The position numbers and the translations under genes were made by a program. DNA of 64,000 nt from Eledone cirrhosa. Taxonomy: Eukaryota. The stretch spans positions 61,814,001-61,878,000 of the forward strand of contig OZ024740.1 in NCBI GenBank assembly GCA_964016885.1, written 5' to 3'. The notes under the pieces were generated by a model. That model had not been told where the DNA came from. It searched no databases and saw only the letters and a program-made list of their open reading frames with translations. This document shows, in pieces, positions 51,758-64,000 of this stretch (its first letter is position 1; each line of letters begins with the position of its first letter).

Positions 51758-54700
51758 ATGGACATGTCACAAACGACAGAGGCCGAGATTTCAGAGCTGC
51801 GGGCTATGATCAGAGAGCGGGCTGGTCAAATTAAAGCCCTCTCGAATCAAGTAGAGAACTTGACCTTTCAAACACACCGGCGACGCAGCAACAGTCAATC
51901 CAGGCCTTTTCACAGTTGAAGATCCAGTAGTCCCAGTCAAAATCGTGTGCCTGGCAACTTCTGCTCGTATCACACAAATTTCGGCACACAAGCATCTAAG
52001 TGCAAAGCCCCGTGCTCTTTCCGGAATGCCACCCAGGGCCTGGCGACGACGTTCACCCCTGGTACTGAAAAGAAAAGTCGTCTATTTTTTATTAACGACC
52101 AGGCAACAGGCATCCGTTACCTCGTGGATACAGGAGCCCAGGTTAGTGTTATTCCTGTTTCACTAATCTCGGGCAAAAGACACCCAACCCCGTCCTTTCT
52201 GCAGGCAGTGAACCAATCGTCAATTCCAACTTTCGGGGAGAAGTCTCTGACCCTCAATTTAGGCCTGAGGCGGCGTTTTCAATGGGTGTTCGTCGTGGCA
52301 GACCTGCCGACCCCGATCCTAGGAGCCAATTTTCTCCACCACTTCAACCTTCTGGTGGATATGAAGAACCGGAGGCTTATTGACACCACCACAAACCTCA
52401 CTGTGAGAGGTATATTTACGACGCAATCCACAGTGAGCCCTGTAATTTGCCAGTCAGAGCCTTCGCGGTACAACGCCATTCTCCAGAAATACCCAGACAT
52501 CACTCGCCCAGTATTTAAGGATGGTCCCATTAAGCATAGTGTCACGCACCACATCGAGACAAAGGGACCACCTACAGCTGCCCGACCAAGGAGACTGCCT
52601 CCAGACCGATTGAGAATCGCCAAACCGGAGTTTCAACACATGCTGGACCTTGGAATCATACGCCCTTCCTCCAGCAACTGGTCTGCACCCCTACACCTTG
52701 TTCCTAAAAAAACCGAGAATGATTGGCGACCATGTGGAGATTATCGTGCACTTAACAATTCTACAGTGCCCGATAATTACCCTGTACCTCACCTGCACGA
52801 TTTTTCTGCCTCTCTGCAAGGCGCACGCATCTTTTCCAAGGTAGATTTGGTGCGTGCATATAACCAGATACCTATGGAGCCTGCAGACATTCCGAAGACC
52901 GCAATCACAACACCGTTCGGTTTATTCGAATTCCTGCGAATGCTGTTCGGTCTGCGCAACGCTGCACAAACTTTTCAGTGGTTTATTGACACCGTGTTAC
53001 GCGTCTACCCTTCGTATACGCGTATATTGACGACGTGCTGGTAGCAAGTACTTCCGAGAATGAACACGAGAAGCACTTAGATCTTCTTTTCCGACGTTTG
53101 GCTGAGTACGGTATCACCATCAACCCCAGCAAGTGCCTTCTCGGCGTTCCTTCACTGTCCTTTCTCGGGCACATCATCAATAAAGACGGCATTTGCCCAC
53201 TTCCCAAGAAAGTAGAAGCTATCCGCAGTTTTCCCGCACCTACATCACTTCGGAAACTGCGTGAATTCCTTGGTCTGGTGAATTTTTATAGGCGGTTTAT
53301 CCCTCATTGTTCCGACACAGCCAGACTCCTCACGGACCTTCTTCGTAACCGGACTCGCAAAAACGAAGAGATCACTCTAAACGAGGAAGAATTAACATCT
53401 TTTAACCGCCTGAAGGAAATGTTGGCAAACGCTTCCATGCTCGTTTTTCCCAGGTCTGGCGCTCCTCTTTCGCTGCTAGTGGACGCATCAGACACGGGGG
53501 TTGGAGGCGTTCTACAACAACATCTCGACGGCGTGTGGCAACCCTTATCCTTCTTTTCTAAGCAGTTGCAACCGGCAGAAACGAAATACAGTACCTTTGG
53601 CCGCGAACTCTTGGCAACCTATCTTTCGGTTAAGCATTTTCGGCACATGCTCGAAGGATCAGATTTCGTGATCTACACGGACCATAAACCACTAGTTTAT
53701 GCATTCCGTACCAAACCTGATTGACATTCACCGAGAGAACTCCGACACCTGGATTTTGTCTCCCAATATTCAACTGATATTTGGCATATCAAGGGAACAC
53801 AACGTAGCAGCCGATGCCCTGTCCCGAATCCAGCTGAACGCAATACATGTGCATTCAGGCATCGACCTTCAACAGATCGCAGCTGACCAAGAGACTGACG
53901 AAGAGTTTATCAAGCTCCGAGATTTGCCATCCCTCAAGTTTCACCAAGTTCCCATTCCTTCTTCTCCGGGACAAATTTGGTGCGACCTTTCTACCAGTCA
54001 TGAACGACCGTACGTACCACAGATGCATCGTCGACAAGTTTTTTCTGCTTTACACTGCTTGTCTCACCCGGGAATCCGGGCTACATAGAAACTCATCTCT
54101 GCTCGTTTTGTGTGGACTAACATTAACAAGGACGTGCGCGACTGGTCCAGGAGCTGCATTGCCTGCCAGAAAGCCAAAGTCCACAGACACATCAAAACTC
54201 CACTCGGCACATTCGCGCAACCTGATGCACGTTTTCATCATGTGGATATCGACATCGTCGGACCGCTACCACCATCACAGCACTACACACACTTGCTCAC
54301 CTGCATAGATCGATTTTCTCGTTGGCCTGAGGCTTTTCCCATAAATGATACCTCAGCGGAAACAGTCGCTAAAACTTTGGTTTTACACTGGGTATCATGT
54401 TATGGCGCCCCAGCGAAGATAACAACGGACAGAGGACGCCAATTTGACTCTCACCTCTTCAGGGAACTGACTCGCCTGTTAGGATGTAAACACATCCGCA
54501 CGACAGCTTATCACCCGCAAGCTAATGGTCTCGTGGAAAGATTCCATCGTCAATTGAAAGCTGCAATAAAAGCATATCCAGACAAGACCCACTGGTATGA
54601 ATACCTACCACTAATCCTTCTGGGCATTCGAACCACCGTTAAAGAGGAATTTGGACACACACACCTGCAGAATTAGTGTACGGCACCACCCTGGTTCTAC

Positions 54701-55100
54701 CTGGTCAGATGGTTGCTCCCATCTCTCCTCAGGATGTTCCAGACCCAGGATCATACGTACACCGTCTTCGACAATATGTGTCTCACCTTGCTCCTGCAAG
54801 CCCCGTCAGCAGAACACGGCCACACACGTACCTTCAGACATTAAAGATTGGACACACGTTTTCGTTCGAAACGACACCATCTCAGCTCATCTTCGACCTC
54901 CATATTCTGGCCCTTATCGTGTTCTAAAAAAATATCCGAAATATTTTATTCTCGATCTAGATGGTAAACAGAATTCTGTCAGCATGGACAGATTAAAAAA
55001 AGCCATCATGGATACTGTTACAGTCTCTACACCAGAAACTCCAACAGATTGCTGTCCCAGCGAGCCACCTGTTTCATCTCCAGTCACGAGAAGCGGATGA
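51758..55100 (+). pseudogene. Gag remnant + pol (protease, RT, RNase H, integrase) with frameshifts and stops
   Basis: [18 protein letters not shown]; LVDTGAQVS; [12 protein letters not shown]; DAS..GVGGVL, TDHKPL; SHPG..C..C, DIVGP, TDRG, ERFHR, GPY. Confidence 0.93.
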
Positions 55101-55313
55101 TGCGTCCATTGGCCCGCCAAGTTGGCTCAATATGTGAATTACCGTTAACCTCGAGTGAGTTTCTTAATCAGTCTTCGTGCAAAACATTTCCATTTTTCTT
55201 GTGTTTATTATTTCCAGTTTCAAGTACAATGAACTTTCTGCTTGAACAATTGCAATTTTTAGTGACCATGTGCTCATGTCACGAAGAACATTATTTATTA
55301 TGAACATTATGAA

Positions 55314-55505
55314 GGCGGTGGATTGGCAGTATCGCTAGAGGGTCGGACGCCATGCTTTCCAGCATAGTTACGTCCCTTTACGATCTGAGTTCAAATCCCG
55401 CCGAGGTTGACTTTGCCTTTCATCCTTACGGGGTCGATAAAATAAAGTACCAGTAATGCACTGGGTAATTGCTGGCCTTGTGCCTAAAGTAGAAACAATT
55501 ATTTA
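55314..55505 (+). mobile_element. (ATT)n-tailed SINE nested in Gypsy 3' UTR
   Basis: Full copy; flanking ~20-bp duplication ttatttattatgaacattat. Confidence 0.85.
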
Positions 55506-57031
55506 TTATGAACATTATTTATTACAAACATTATTTAAAACAAACATTGTATATCATTGTGTATAACATTTTTTTTTTTTCTCTCTCTTGTTTTGCAAAT
55601 TTTTTACTTTTCTTGTTCTGTAACATCGATTGTGTAATTGCCATAATTTTTATATACATACAAGGCGTGTACATATTCTGTTTTTCATGCACACTACAAA
55701 ACTACGTTTGTTTCACCTTTTAGTTCATACACTGAGCAATAGATATTTGTGTCCCTCTAACTCATACACTACAAAATGTTTTCTCTTTGATCACGCATTT
55801 CACAAATCGCATCCTCAAAACACTGGCCTTCTTTTTTCACGTACACATTCACTCAATAGCTCGAGAATGCCTCGCTATTTTTTTTACCACAAGTCATATG
55901 CTGTGGAGCAAACTGTTACTTTTAGGCAGCATGCTTACGGCCATTCAGTTCACACATTAAGGTTATCTTCACTGCCCAGTTAGACTTTTTATCACACAAT
56001 TCACAAGCAGCTCAACCCAAATTGCATCACGCCTGCATAAATCTGGTCAAAGTCATTTCATAGTTTATTTCTTTTTTCTCTTCCTGACACACACATCTTG
56101 CCATATCATCTCTACATCGACTCTGTCCTGTACTCGATGATCACAAAATTTCACAACGTGCTGGACACTCCTGGGGCTATTGTCATGACAAATGCACCAC
56201 TGGCCCATTACTATACGATATTTCGCTCTTTTGTTGTACAAAAGATCTGGCAGGGGGATAATGTACAGCCACCGGAAATAACATCTGTGAAATATACAGC
56301 GCCATCTACCTGTTAGCTAGCTACCTCAACGTGAAACAAAAGAACCCTTAAAACCTACCAGAATAAACGCCTACACATCGGCTAAACATCAAACGATTTT
56401 TTTCTGTATAAATAGAGTGGTTCCAAACACTTCAGCAGTCGACTTTTGGCAGAGTGAGCTAGCGCATCGTTGTTCCTTGCCTCTGCCACGCTTTGTCACT
56501 CACACACGCCTTGTACCTCGTATCGTCGCTTCATGTGAAAATAAATAACTGATCGAATTTACATCTTGCCTTGCTTCGTCCTTTCAACTTGTGCTTTCGT
56601 CTGTCCATCCTCAACAGTTCTTTTAAGGGCTATATGCGACAACAGTCCTTTTAAGGGCTATCTTCAGATCTGATCAGACCGTATGCGATAACAATCCTTC
56701 TAAGGGCTATTCTCGGATCTGATCAGAAGTAGTGACCAGACTGACTAACCACGTCACTACACAAACATACACATACATTTAAATAGATATATCATCTTCA
56801 TTTAAATGGACATTGAATGATGATGATATACAAATATATACGTGTGATTTTTTTGTGTGTGTGTGTGCGTGTGTGTCTAACCATCTTCTCTGTTTGTATT
56901 TACTTTTATGTCTGTGTTTATGTCCTGTCACCTAGTGGTTCAACATAAGAAATAGATAAAATAAGTACCAAACTTGAAAAAGTAAGTACTGGAGAGGGGT
57001 GGTGGTGATGTAATGAACTATATGCCATTAA

Positions 57032-57252
57032 CCCTTTAGCATTTACATTACTCTATATATACTATTGTATTTTTGTGGTAAAGGCTTTATTTTACATAAT
57101 TATCTCACATAATATTGAATCTACGTGATTTTGATGTTATTTATTCTGAGAACAATACCTTAATGTTAGTATGAGTGGCCACTTATGACTGGTTTGAACA
57201 GAAAGAGGTGAGAGAATTGTGGCTGGATCAGGCCAGTTTAAATGCTAATGGG
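57032..57252. mobile_element. piggyBac-type MITE
   Basis: ttaa-ccctttagcattta...taaatgctaatggg-ttaa. Confidence 0.8.
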
Positions 57253-57494
57253 TTAAGGCAATGCCCTGTATGGCCACCATCTAATGATTGACACAACTAA
57301 AAGTATAAAAGAATATATATATATATATATATATATAAATAAGGATGATAAAAAAATTGTAAAAGAATATTAAATATACCTATGAGCAAATCTATCTGAT
57401 TTAATATCAATGCATTTCAGTAGAGATTATATGAGCATATCTAAATCTATTCATTTTATTATTGAAGACATTGATCATTCTCAATTGTTTTCAG

Positions 57495-57587
57495 TTGGTG
57501 GCTGACAAACCTCTTGATAAAAAACAGCTGCTTTATGCTAAACTTCCATCACGAGGATCTATTGAAATGCCTGAAGAAAGAGCTAAG
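57495..57587 (+). CDS. Probable host-gene exon (phase 0-0)
   Basis: ttgttttcag| LVADKPLDKKQLLYAKLPSRGSIEMPEERAK |gttggt; 93 nt. Confidence 0.65.
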
Positions 57588-59500
57588 GTTGGTAATTTTC
57601 AATTCAATTACTAGTTAATTGCTGTCTTCAGCAAGTAATTCAATTTGTCTACTTTCTTTTCATCACAAAAACAAAAGGGGAAACAATATTATTATATAAT
57701 ATAATTTATTATTGTTGTCCTTATTCTTCTTCTTGTTTTCTGTTTTCATTTTAAATTATATCAGTGGAAAACATATTTTTTTTAGAAAACTAGAAAAATA
57801 TTAATATTTATTATAATGCAATTGAAAAAAAAAAAATTATGAGAGCATGCATATTTAGGATGTATTTATGAATGAGTGTTTGTCTATATATAATAATGAC
57901 AATTATTGTGTACAGTGCTCAGGTGCACTACAACCATCAAAGGTACAAATGTACAAATGTACAAATTTCAGGAAAGTGAACAGTGTACAAGTCATGATAT
58001 ACACACAGACAGACACATGCATGCGTGTGTATGGAGGTGGAATATCAGGTGTCATGTTGACAAATTTCAGGAAGCATGGAAGTTTTGAAGGATGCAATGT
58101 CCTGATAGCTAACGACTGATGCAGGTAGTGTGTGCTTGTTTTATTGGTTTGTGTAATAGATATACTAAACATGCACTAAACTCAAATACTGCTTGTGGGT
58201 CAAAATAATATTTGTTATTAGTAGTGACTATTTACTTTGAAGTTTCTCCAATATTATTAGCTTCTCAAAATAGTGTTAGTAAGATGAACATTTTCCGATA
58301 TATTGTAATTTGGCCTGGTAAAGAGTTAGTAGATTAATGTAGTAAACTCAATAGAGGGCAAGAGGAGGAAAGGAGTTTATGGTATAGGACTAAATGAAAT
58401 GGAGGACATAGAGAAAGGAGACATCATAGCTTAGCTTTGCTAACAAAGATTTATGAAGGGGCCTGTTCACATCTATTGCAGGCTCACTAGTGGCTAACAC
58501 AACCAATGTAAGTCAGACAGAAATGGCTGCAGTAGCTACAATGGAAATTATGTTCCGGGCTTGGTGGTGTTGTGCTATGTTTCTTCTTCCAATTCATTAA
58601 CACCAGCCTTGAGAATAATTTCAAAGGAGGAAACAGAATGGTGGATGGTGTGTCACCTTGCCTGGCCACAACAGATCAATGGTGATGGTCAATATAACAT
58701 GCTTGAAAGGATTTCTTCAGAGAATACTTGTACCTTTTTTTTTCCTGTTCCCCTCTTTGGCAGTGTCCAAGAAAGAGTTCACCATATAGTGCAATCTTGG
58801 TAAGATTAAACAAAACAGAAGCAAGTAAATATAATGAAGAAGTTATTTACCATGAGCTTATTCAGTCATGTAGTAAATAAATTTCCTATTGTAAAGTGGT
58901 TTGTGATAGGAAGGGAATCCAGCCATAGGATATTTGCCAAATAGATAGTCAGGAAGACTCTTCAGTTGTGCCATAGACATGACAACCTCTCTAGTGTTGG
59001 GGATCCACAAATGTACTTAGTACACAGTGTAATGTGGTTGGTAATAGAAAGGACATCCAACAGTAGAAAACCTGTGAAACAAAAGGCCAGGAAAACTCTT
59101 CAGCTGTGTCAAAGATATGCCAACTTCCCTACAGTTGGTGTCACAATAAAATGCACTCAGTAGAGCGCAGGATCATATATCAGGCCCCAAGCCTACCTGC
59201 AGACTCTTCTAGAGTACTGACTGGTCTGTGACATGACCAAACCTTTCTAGTAGTGAAAACATGTTAAACGATGATGATAATGATGTTGATATTAATTGTT
59301 GAGTTGAGGGGTCCACAACATGTTATCTATTAGAACCTTTCATTTGCTCTCTTTATCACAGACATCTATTGTCTCCTCCTTCTACTCCTCATCATCATAT
59401 TCATCATCACCATCCTTGTCACTGAGTTCTCTCCTGTCACTCATAACTAGTCTATGCTGTTATATATATATGTATGCATGTGTGTCCACGCATGTATATA

Positions 59501-59575
<75 letters not shown>

Positions 59576-59666
59576 ACAGGGGGAAAGAGACGATTATTAG
59601 GAAGAAAAATATATTTTTTTCCTTTTTATATACACACACACACACATGTATATGTACATGTATATA

Positions 59667-59704
<38 letters not shown>

Positions 59705-59785
59705 CACGCATATGTATATGTACATGTACATATGTGTGTGTCTCTATAAATACAAAATATACTTTTATTTTTGTGTATATTTTAG

Positions 59786-59875
59786 TTTGAATCAGATATT
59801 TCTAATCTAGAAGATGCTATAGCAACTATTATGTCAAAACTTGAATATCTTAAGGAATTGAAGCAAGAGAAAATT
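59786..59875 (+). CDS. Probable host-gene exon (phase 0-0, coiled-coil-like)
   Basis: attttag| FESDISNLEDAIATIMSKLEYLKELKQEKI |gtaagt; 90 nt. Confidence 0.7.
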
Positions 59876-60564
59876 GTAAGTAATTTTTCTTAGACCATAA
59901 CCTTAATTCTAAAGTTGAATAGAGGGAGACTTATTAATTCTTAACTCCCTGTAATTATTTGGCAGAAAATAACTAAAGGTGGATTTGTTAATTCAAATGT
60001 TTACAGTCTTTACTAATTGACAGATCATTGTTAACATTTGCAGTAAACTAAAGTAAATACTTTAATTTTTAATGTAATGTAGTCATAATGCTGTTTTATA
60101 CTTTTTGAGAATGTCTTGCTAATGTGGTTTCATGTGGAACATGATGTCAAAAGTTAAATTCCTCCTACTGTTTGTGTATTCAGTTTGGTTTTCTACCCTG
60201 CCATTTTCAAACCAGTGCAAGATCAAGCCTTCAAAACTATGCTGGTTTTAGGTCTACCTATCTATCTATCCCTGATGGCCAAGTGTTGGTTAGACAAGGT
60301 ACAGAATTTGAACTGAGGATGCAAACAGCCAGAATGAACACCATAGAGCACCTCATCTGTTGATCTAATAATTCCATTAATCCTCAATTCCACTAATCCA
60401 CTGCCACTTGACTGGTATTTTCTTTATTGACTTCTGATGGAGCAGATCTATAATTAAAGAAATTCAAGCTATAACCATCCCATCTTTATCTTTTTCAGAA
60501 ATTTTCTACCCTGTAGTGTGTTATCCAATATATCCTTTTTAAAGATGTTAGGGTAGGATCTGAG

Positions 60565-60866
60565 CAGGGCCAGATTTAATGGGTGGCAAAAGGGGTAATT
60601 GCCCTGGGCTTTCTGCAGTGGGGGGCCCCAACAGCAACGGCCGTAGAAATTTATTTGTGCCCTCAGCTTAGATTTTTAGTTTTAGGATGGTTAGAATTTT
60701 TGAATTTAATACCTGTATGTATAACTTTTCAATTCCAATTACTTGTGCCAAGCTAACTTTGATATGTAAAATTTGGGGGTTTGCTGCATATTCTAATTGT
60801 TATTATATAAGAGGCCCTCACAAACCCAATGTTCCTCGGGCCTCCCAAATTCTAAATCCAACCCTA
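60565..60866. mobile_element. hAT-type MITE
   Basis: cagggccagattta...taaatccaacccta; TSD gatctgag/tgtctgag. Confidence 0.7.
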
Positions 60867-63800
60867 TGTCTGAGGGGATTGGATTGGCTGCTATTTCTAG
60901 TAAGTTCAAATGATTTTGTACGGGTTTTGTATTTGGCTTTGATTTGAACGATTGTCCTACTCTTATTATTATTTTTTTCTTTTTTATCAGAACTCTGAGA
61001 GTACAGTACAAGTAGAAAACAACCCCCACTTGACAGGAAGGAAGGGGCTTCGCTTGAAAGTAAGTTCTGGTCTGTTTATCTTACTGACTGTATATAGATA
61101 TTTTTTATTCTTTTACTGGGTTTAATCATTAGCTACATCCAGTAGAAGACATTGCATAAGGTGATGGATTGGTAGAATTGTTAGAGAATTGGACAAGATA
61201 CCTTACGGTATCTGTTCTAACTCTTTGCATTCTGAGTTCAAATTCTATTTAAATACTGTTGACCAGGGCTAATCACATGATCAAGGAAGCACTCTGTCCA
61301 GCCCATATTTGGCCAGCATGGACAGGTAGGTCTAAAACCAGGACATTAACTGAGGTTTCATCCAGCTGTTGATAAAAAATGCTGAGGTTAAAAAAAAACA
61401 TGCACAGCATTTAATTATCTTATTAATCATCCATCAACCCTAAGGGAGATGAATAGCAAAATTGTACCCAGAAAAATTTGAATTCAAATTGAGAGAGAGA
61501 TGGGGGGACAAAGTTAAAATACTGTTTGGCATTTAGTCCAGTCCTCTATAATTTCTATTACTCAGTTGCATTCAATGAGCTAAATATGATAAGTTAAATT
61601 TTTTTTCCCAAACTCAGTCTCACTAGGCTGAAGCCTATCCTGGTTTCTTTGGTGTTAAGAAAATGAAATAACAAGACACCTGCCTGGGATTAGAAGCCAA
61701 TTTGCCTCAGTATTCCCTTGCCTCTTTCAGCTAAGTTAACTGGAGCATCACAAAATGAAGTGTCATATTCAATACACTTGCTGGGCTGGGGATTGAATCC
61801 ATAACCTTACATTTATGAGCCCAACACCCTAACTAACCACAAGGTTGCACTCTTTATATATGGCATTGCACCAGCATGACTGCAGTTCAATCATTGAAAT
61901 TAGTAAAAGAATAAAAGAATATTTGTTTGATGTCACTGATTTGCCTGTGAAGTTTCAGATCTTGTGATGTTCATATCTCTTTTCAAAACATTGGTGGATT
62001 GGCAGTATCTGTAGAGCGTCAGACACCATGCTTTGCAGCTTAGAGTTATGGCCCTTTACGTTCTGGGTTCAAATATCGCCGAGGTTAACTTTGCTTTTCA
62101 TCCTTACAGGGTCAATAAAATAAAGCACCAGTAATGCACTGAGGTAATTGCTGGCCTTGTGCCAAAAGTAGAATCAATTATTACCATAAATTAAAAACTT
62201 TCTAAATAAGAATCAACATATTTTCTCACATCAGACAAGAGATAAAAAGAAAAAAATTAAAAACAACAACCAACCAAACAAACAAACAGTGCTGGTATGA
62301 ATATATTCAGAGCTATTTTATCATTGTTCTCTAATTAATATTTAACTGAGTCTTGTGAAAGAAAAATGTAAAAACCAAATAATGGTTTCTTATATAGGCA
62401 CAAGGCCAGCAATTTTGGGGAAGGAAAATTCAATTAAGTTGACACCAGTGTGTTACTGGTGCTTTATTTTATCGACACCATAAGGATTAATGGCAAAGCT
62501 AACCTCATTGGGATTTGAATTCAGAAGAAAAGGGCCATAATTTTAATTAAAAAAATAATAGTAATAAAACAAAAACATACTCATAGATACATAACCAAAA
62601 TTCTCAAGACATAAAATATATACAGCATACAAGAAATAGTACTACTAGGCAATGTACACATATTATGAAGAGTACTCTCAATATAATAGAAATAACGATA
62701 CCAAAAACAACACTGCACATACCCAAGGTACACAGCTGTGCTCAGTGATGCACTAACAACACACAATAAAAATAAGTTTAATATTAATAATAATATTATT
62801 AATAATTGTTTCTACTTTTGCTACAAGGCCAACAATTACCCCAGTGCATTACTGGTACTTTATTTTATTGACCCCGTGAGGATGAAAGGCAAAGCTAACC
62901 TCGTTGGGATTTGAACTCAGAACATAAAGGGCCATAACTCTATGCTGCAAAGCATGGTGTTTGATGCTCTACTGTTACTGCTAATCCACCACAATAATAT
63001 TATTAATAATAATAATAGTTTGGAATTTTGAGTACCTGTTAAGAAAAATTTGCACAGGAAGGTGGCTAGATCTAACACTTGGTTTGAGACATGAAAAACA
63101 GAAATTATTTATGTGACATAGCATGTCTACCAGAAAATAACTTGGAGAAAAAAATACTTAGCTTATGAAATGAGAGAAAAATGTGAGGAACACCAAACAC
63201 AGATTGTACCAATAATTGTGGGTAGCCTTAATTGAATAATGGAATGGGTTGAAAATACCCTTAAAAATTTATAAAAACCAAGAAAGTGAGAAACAAGGGA
63301 AGAAGACGGTGAGAGTAGAGAGATGGCAGACTGCCTTCTAGTGTGTTTTATGAAAGATGGGTGAGAGCAGGGAGAATGTCAAGGTTGAATATGCCTAAAC
63401 TTTCTAATCAGGAGAAAAGAAACCAGGAGAGGGCAGTTTCAATGCCTGTGAGGTAACAGAGTAATCCAATATTTTGTGTGGTTTCTCCCTGGAATACCCT
63501 AAAGTACAGTCCCTAACTATTGGGGAACTTGTGCTTGTTGGCATCATACCCATCCTATAATGCAGTGATTCTGAAATGGAAAGTATTTGGATTTCAGGGG
63601 AGGAATTTTAGCTGAGGAGGGATTGAGGATGAATGTTAGTCAGGAAAGCAATTTAGACTGGGATAGATTAATGTACATTGTGTATATATTAAACGATATA
63701 TCAATATACCCAATTATAAAGGTAATGATGAGTTAACAGTTCACAAAATTGTTGCTTCGGACTTTATCCCATTTGAGACTATACAATTATTGAGATTTGA

Positions 63801-64000
63801 AAAGCTTGTTTATGTTAATATGGTGCTTGGGGGAAAAATTACTAGATGACAATTCAAGATGGAGATCACATAAAATGAGGATGATAATGATGACACCTGG
63901 GATCGCAAGGGGAGGAATATGACCTCAGTCTCTGAGAAGCACTGCTGTTATATTGCAAAATTGCTCCAGTTGGTAGCTCTAGCTTTTCTGATTTACATAA

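Larger units (their letters stand above)
51200..56761 (+). mobile_element. Ty3/Gypsy LTR retrotransposon, CsRn1-like clade, decayed
   Basis: LTRs 51200-51698 and 56262-56761 (TG..CA), TSD CAAA, PBS-Trp, PPT ggcagggggataa, CHCC gag motif. Confidence 0.96.

Noticed and set aside
63100-63260. Possible restriction-like endonuclease relic (..QIVPIIVGSL)
   Set aside because: Too degraded to delimit or assign

Overview
Eukaryotic, AT-rich, microsatellite-dense DNA made almost entirely of transposable elements. The repeat landscape resembles an invertebrate genome, probably Octopus/cephalopod (inference). It contains about ten copies of an RTE-clade LINE with (GAT)n tails and a PHD-like finger inside the RT, R4/Dong-type relics, two tRNA-headed SINE families, a decayed mariner, hAT/piggyBac/Tigger-like MITEs, two non-autonomous Helitrons, a full-length decayed CsRn1-type Ty3/Gypsy element (51200-56761) plus its solo LTR, a Penelope-like element (PLE) with GIY-YIG, and three probable exons of an unidentified + strand host gene. 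The main signal not shown by the ORF track is RNA-level: at least five different sequence families carry minimal type I hammerhead ribozyme motifs with (near-)palindromic stem III. The clearest is a near-identical 468/469-bp non-coding tandem array with an inverted head (41932-43940, four ribozyme copies), which looks like a retrozyme or non-autonomous PLE. All folds and boundaries were read by eye, not computed.
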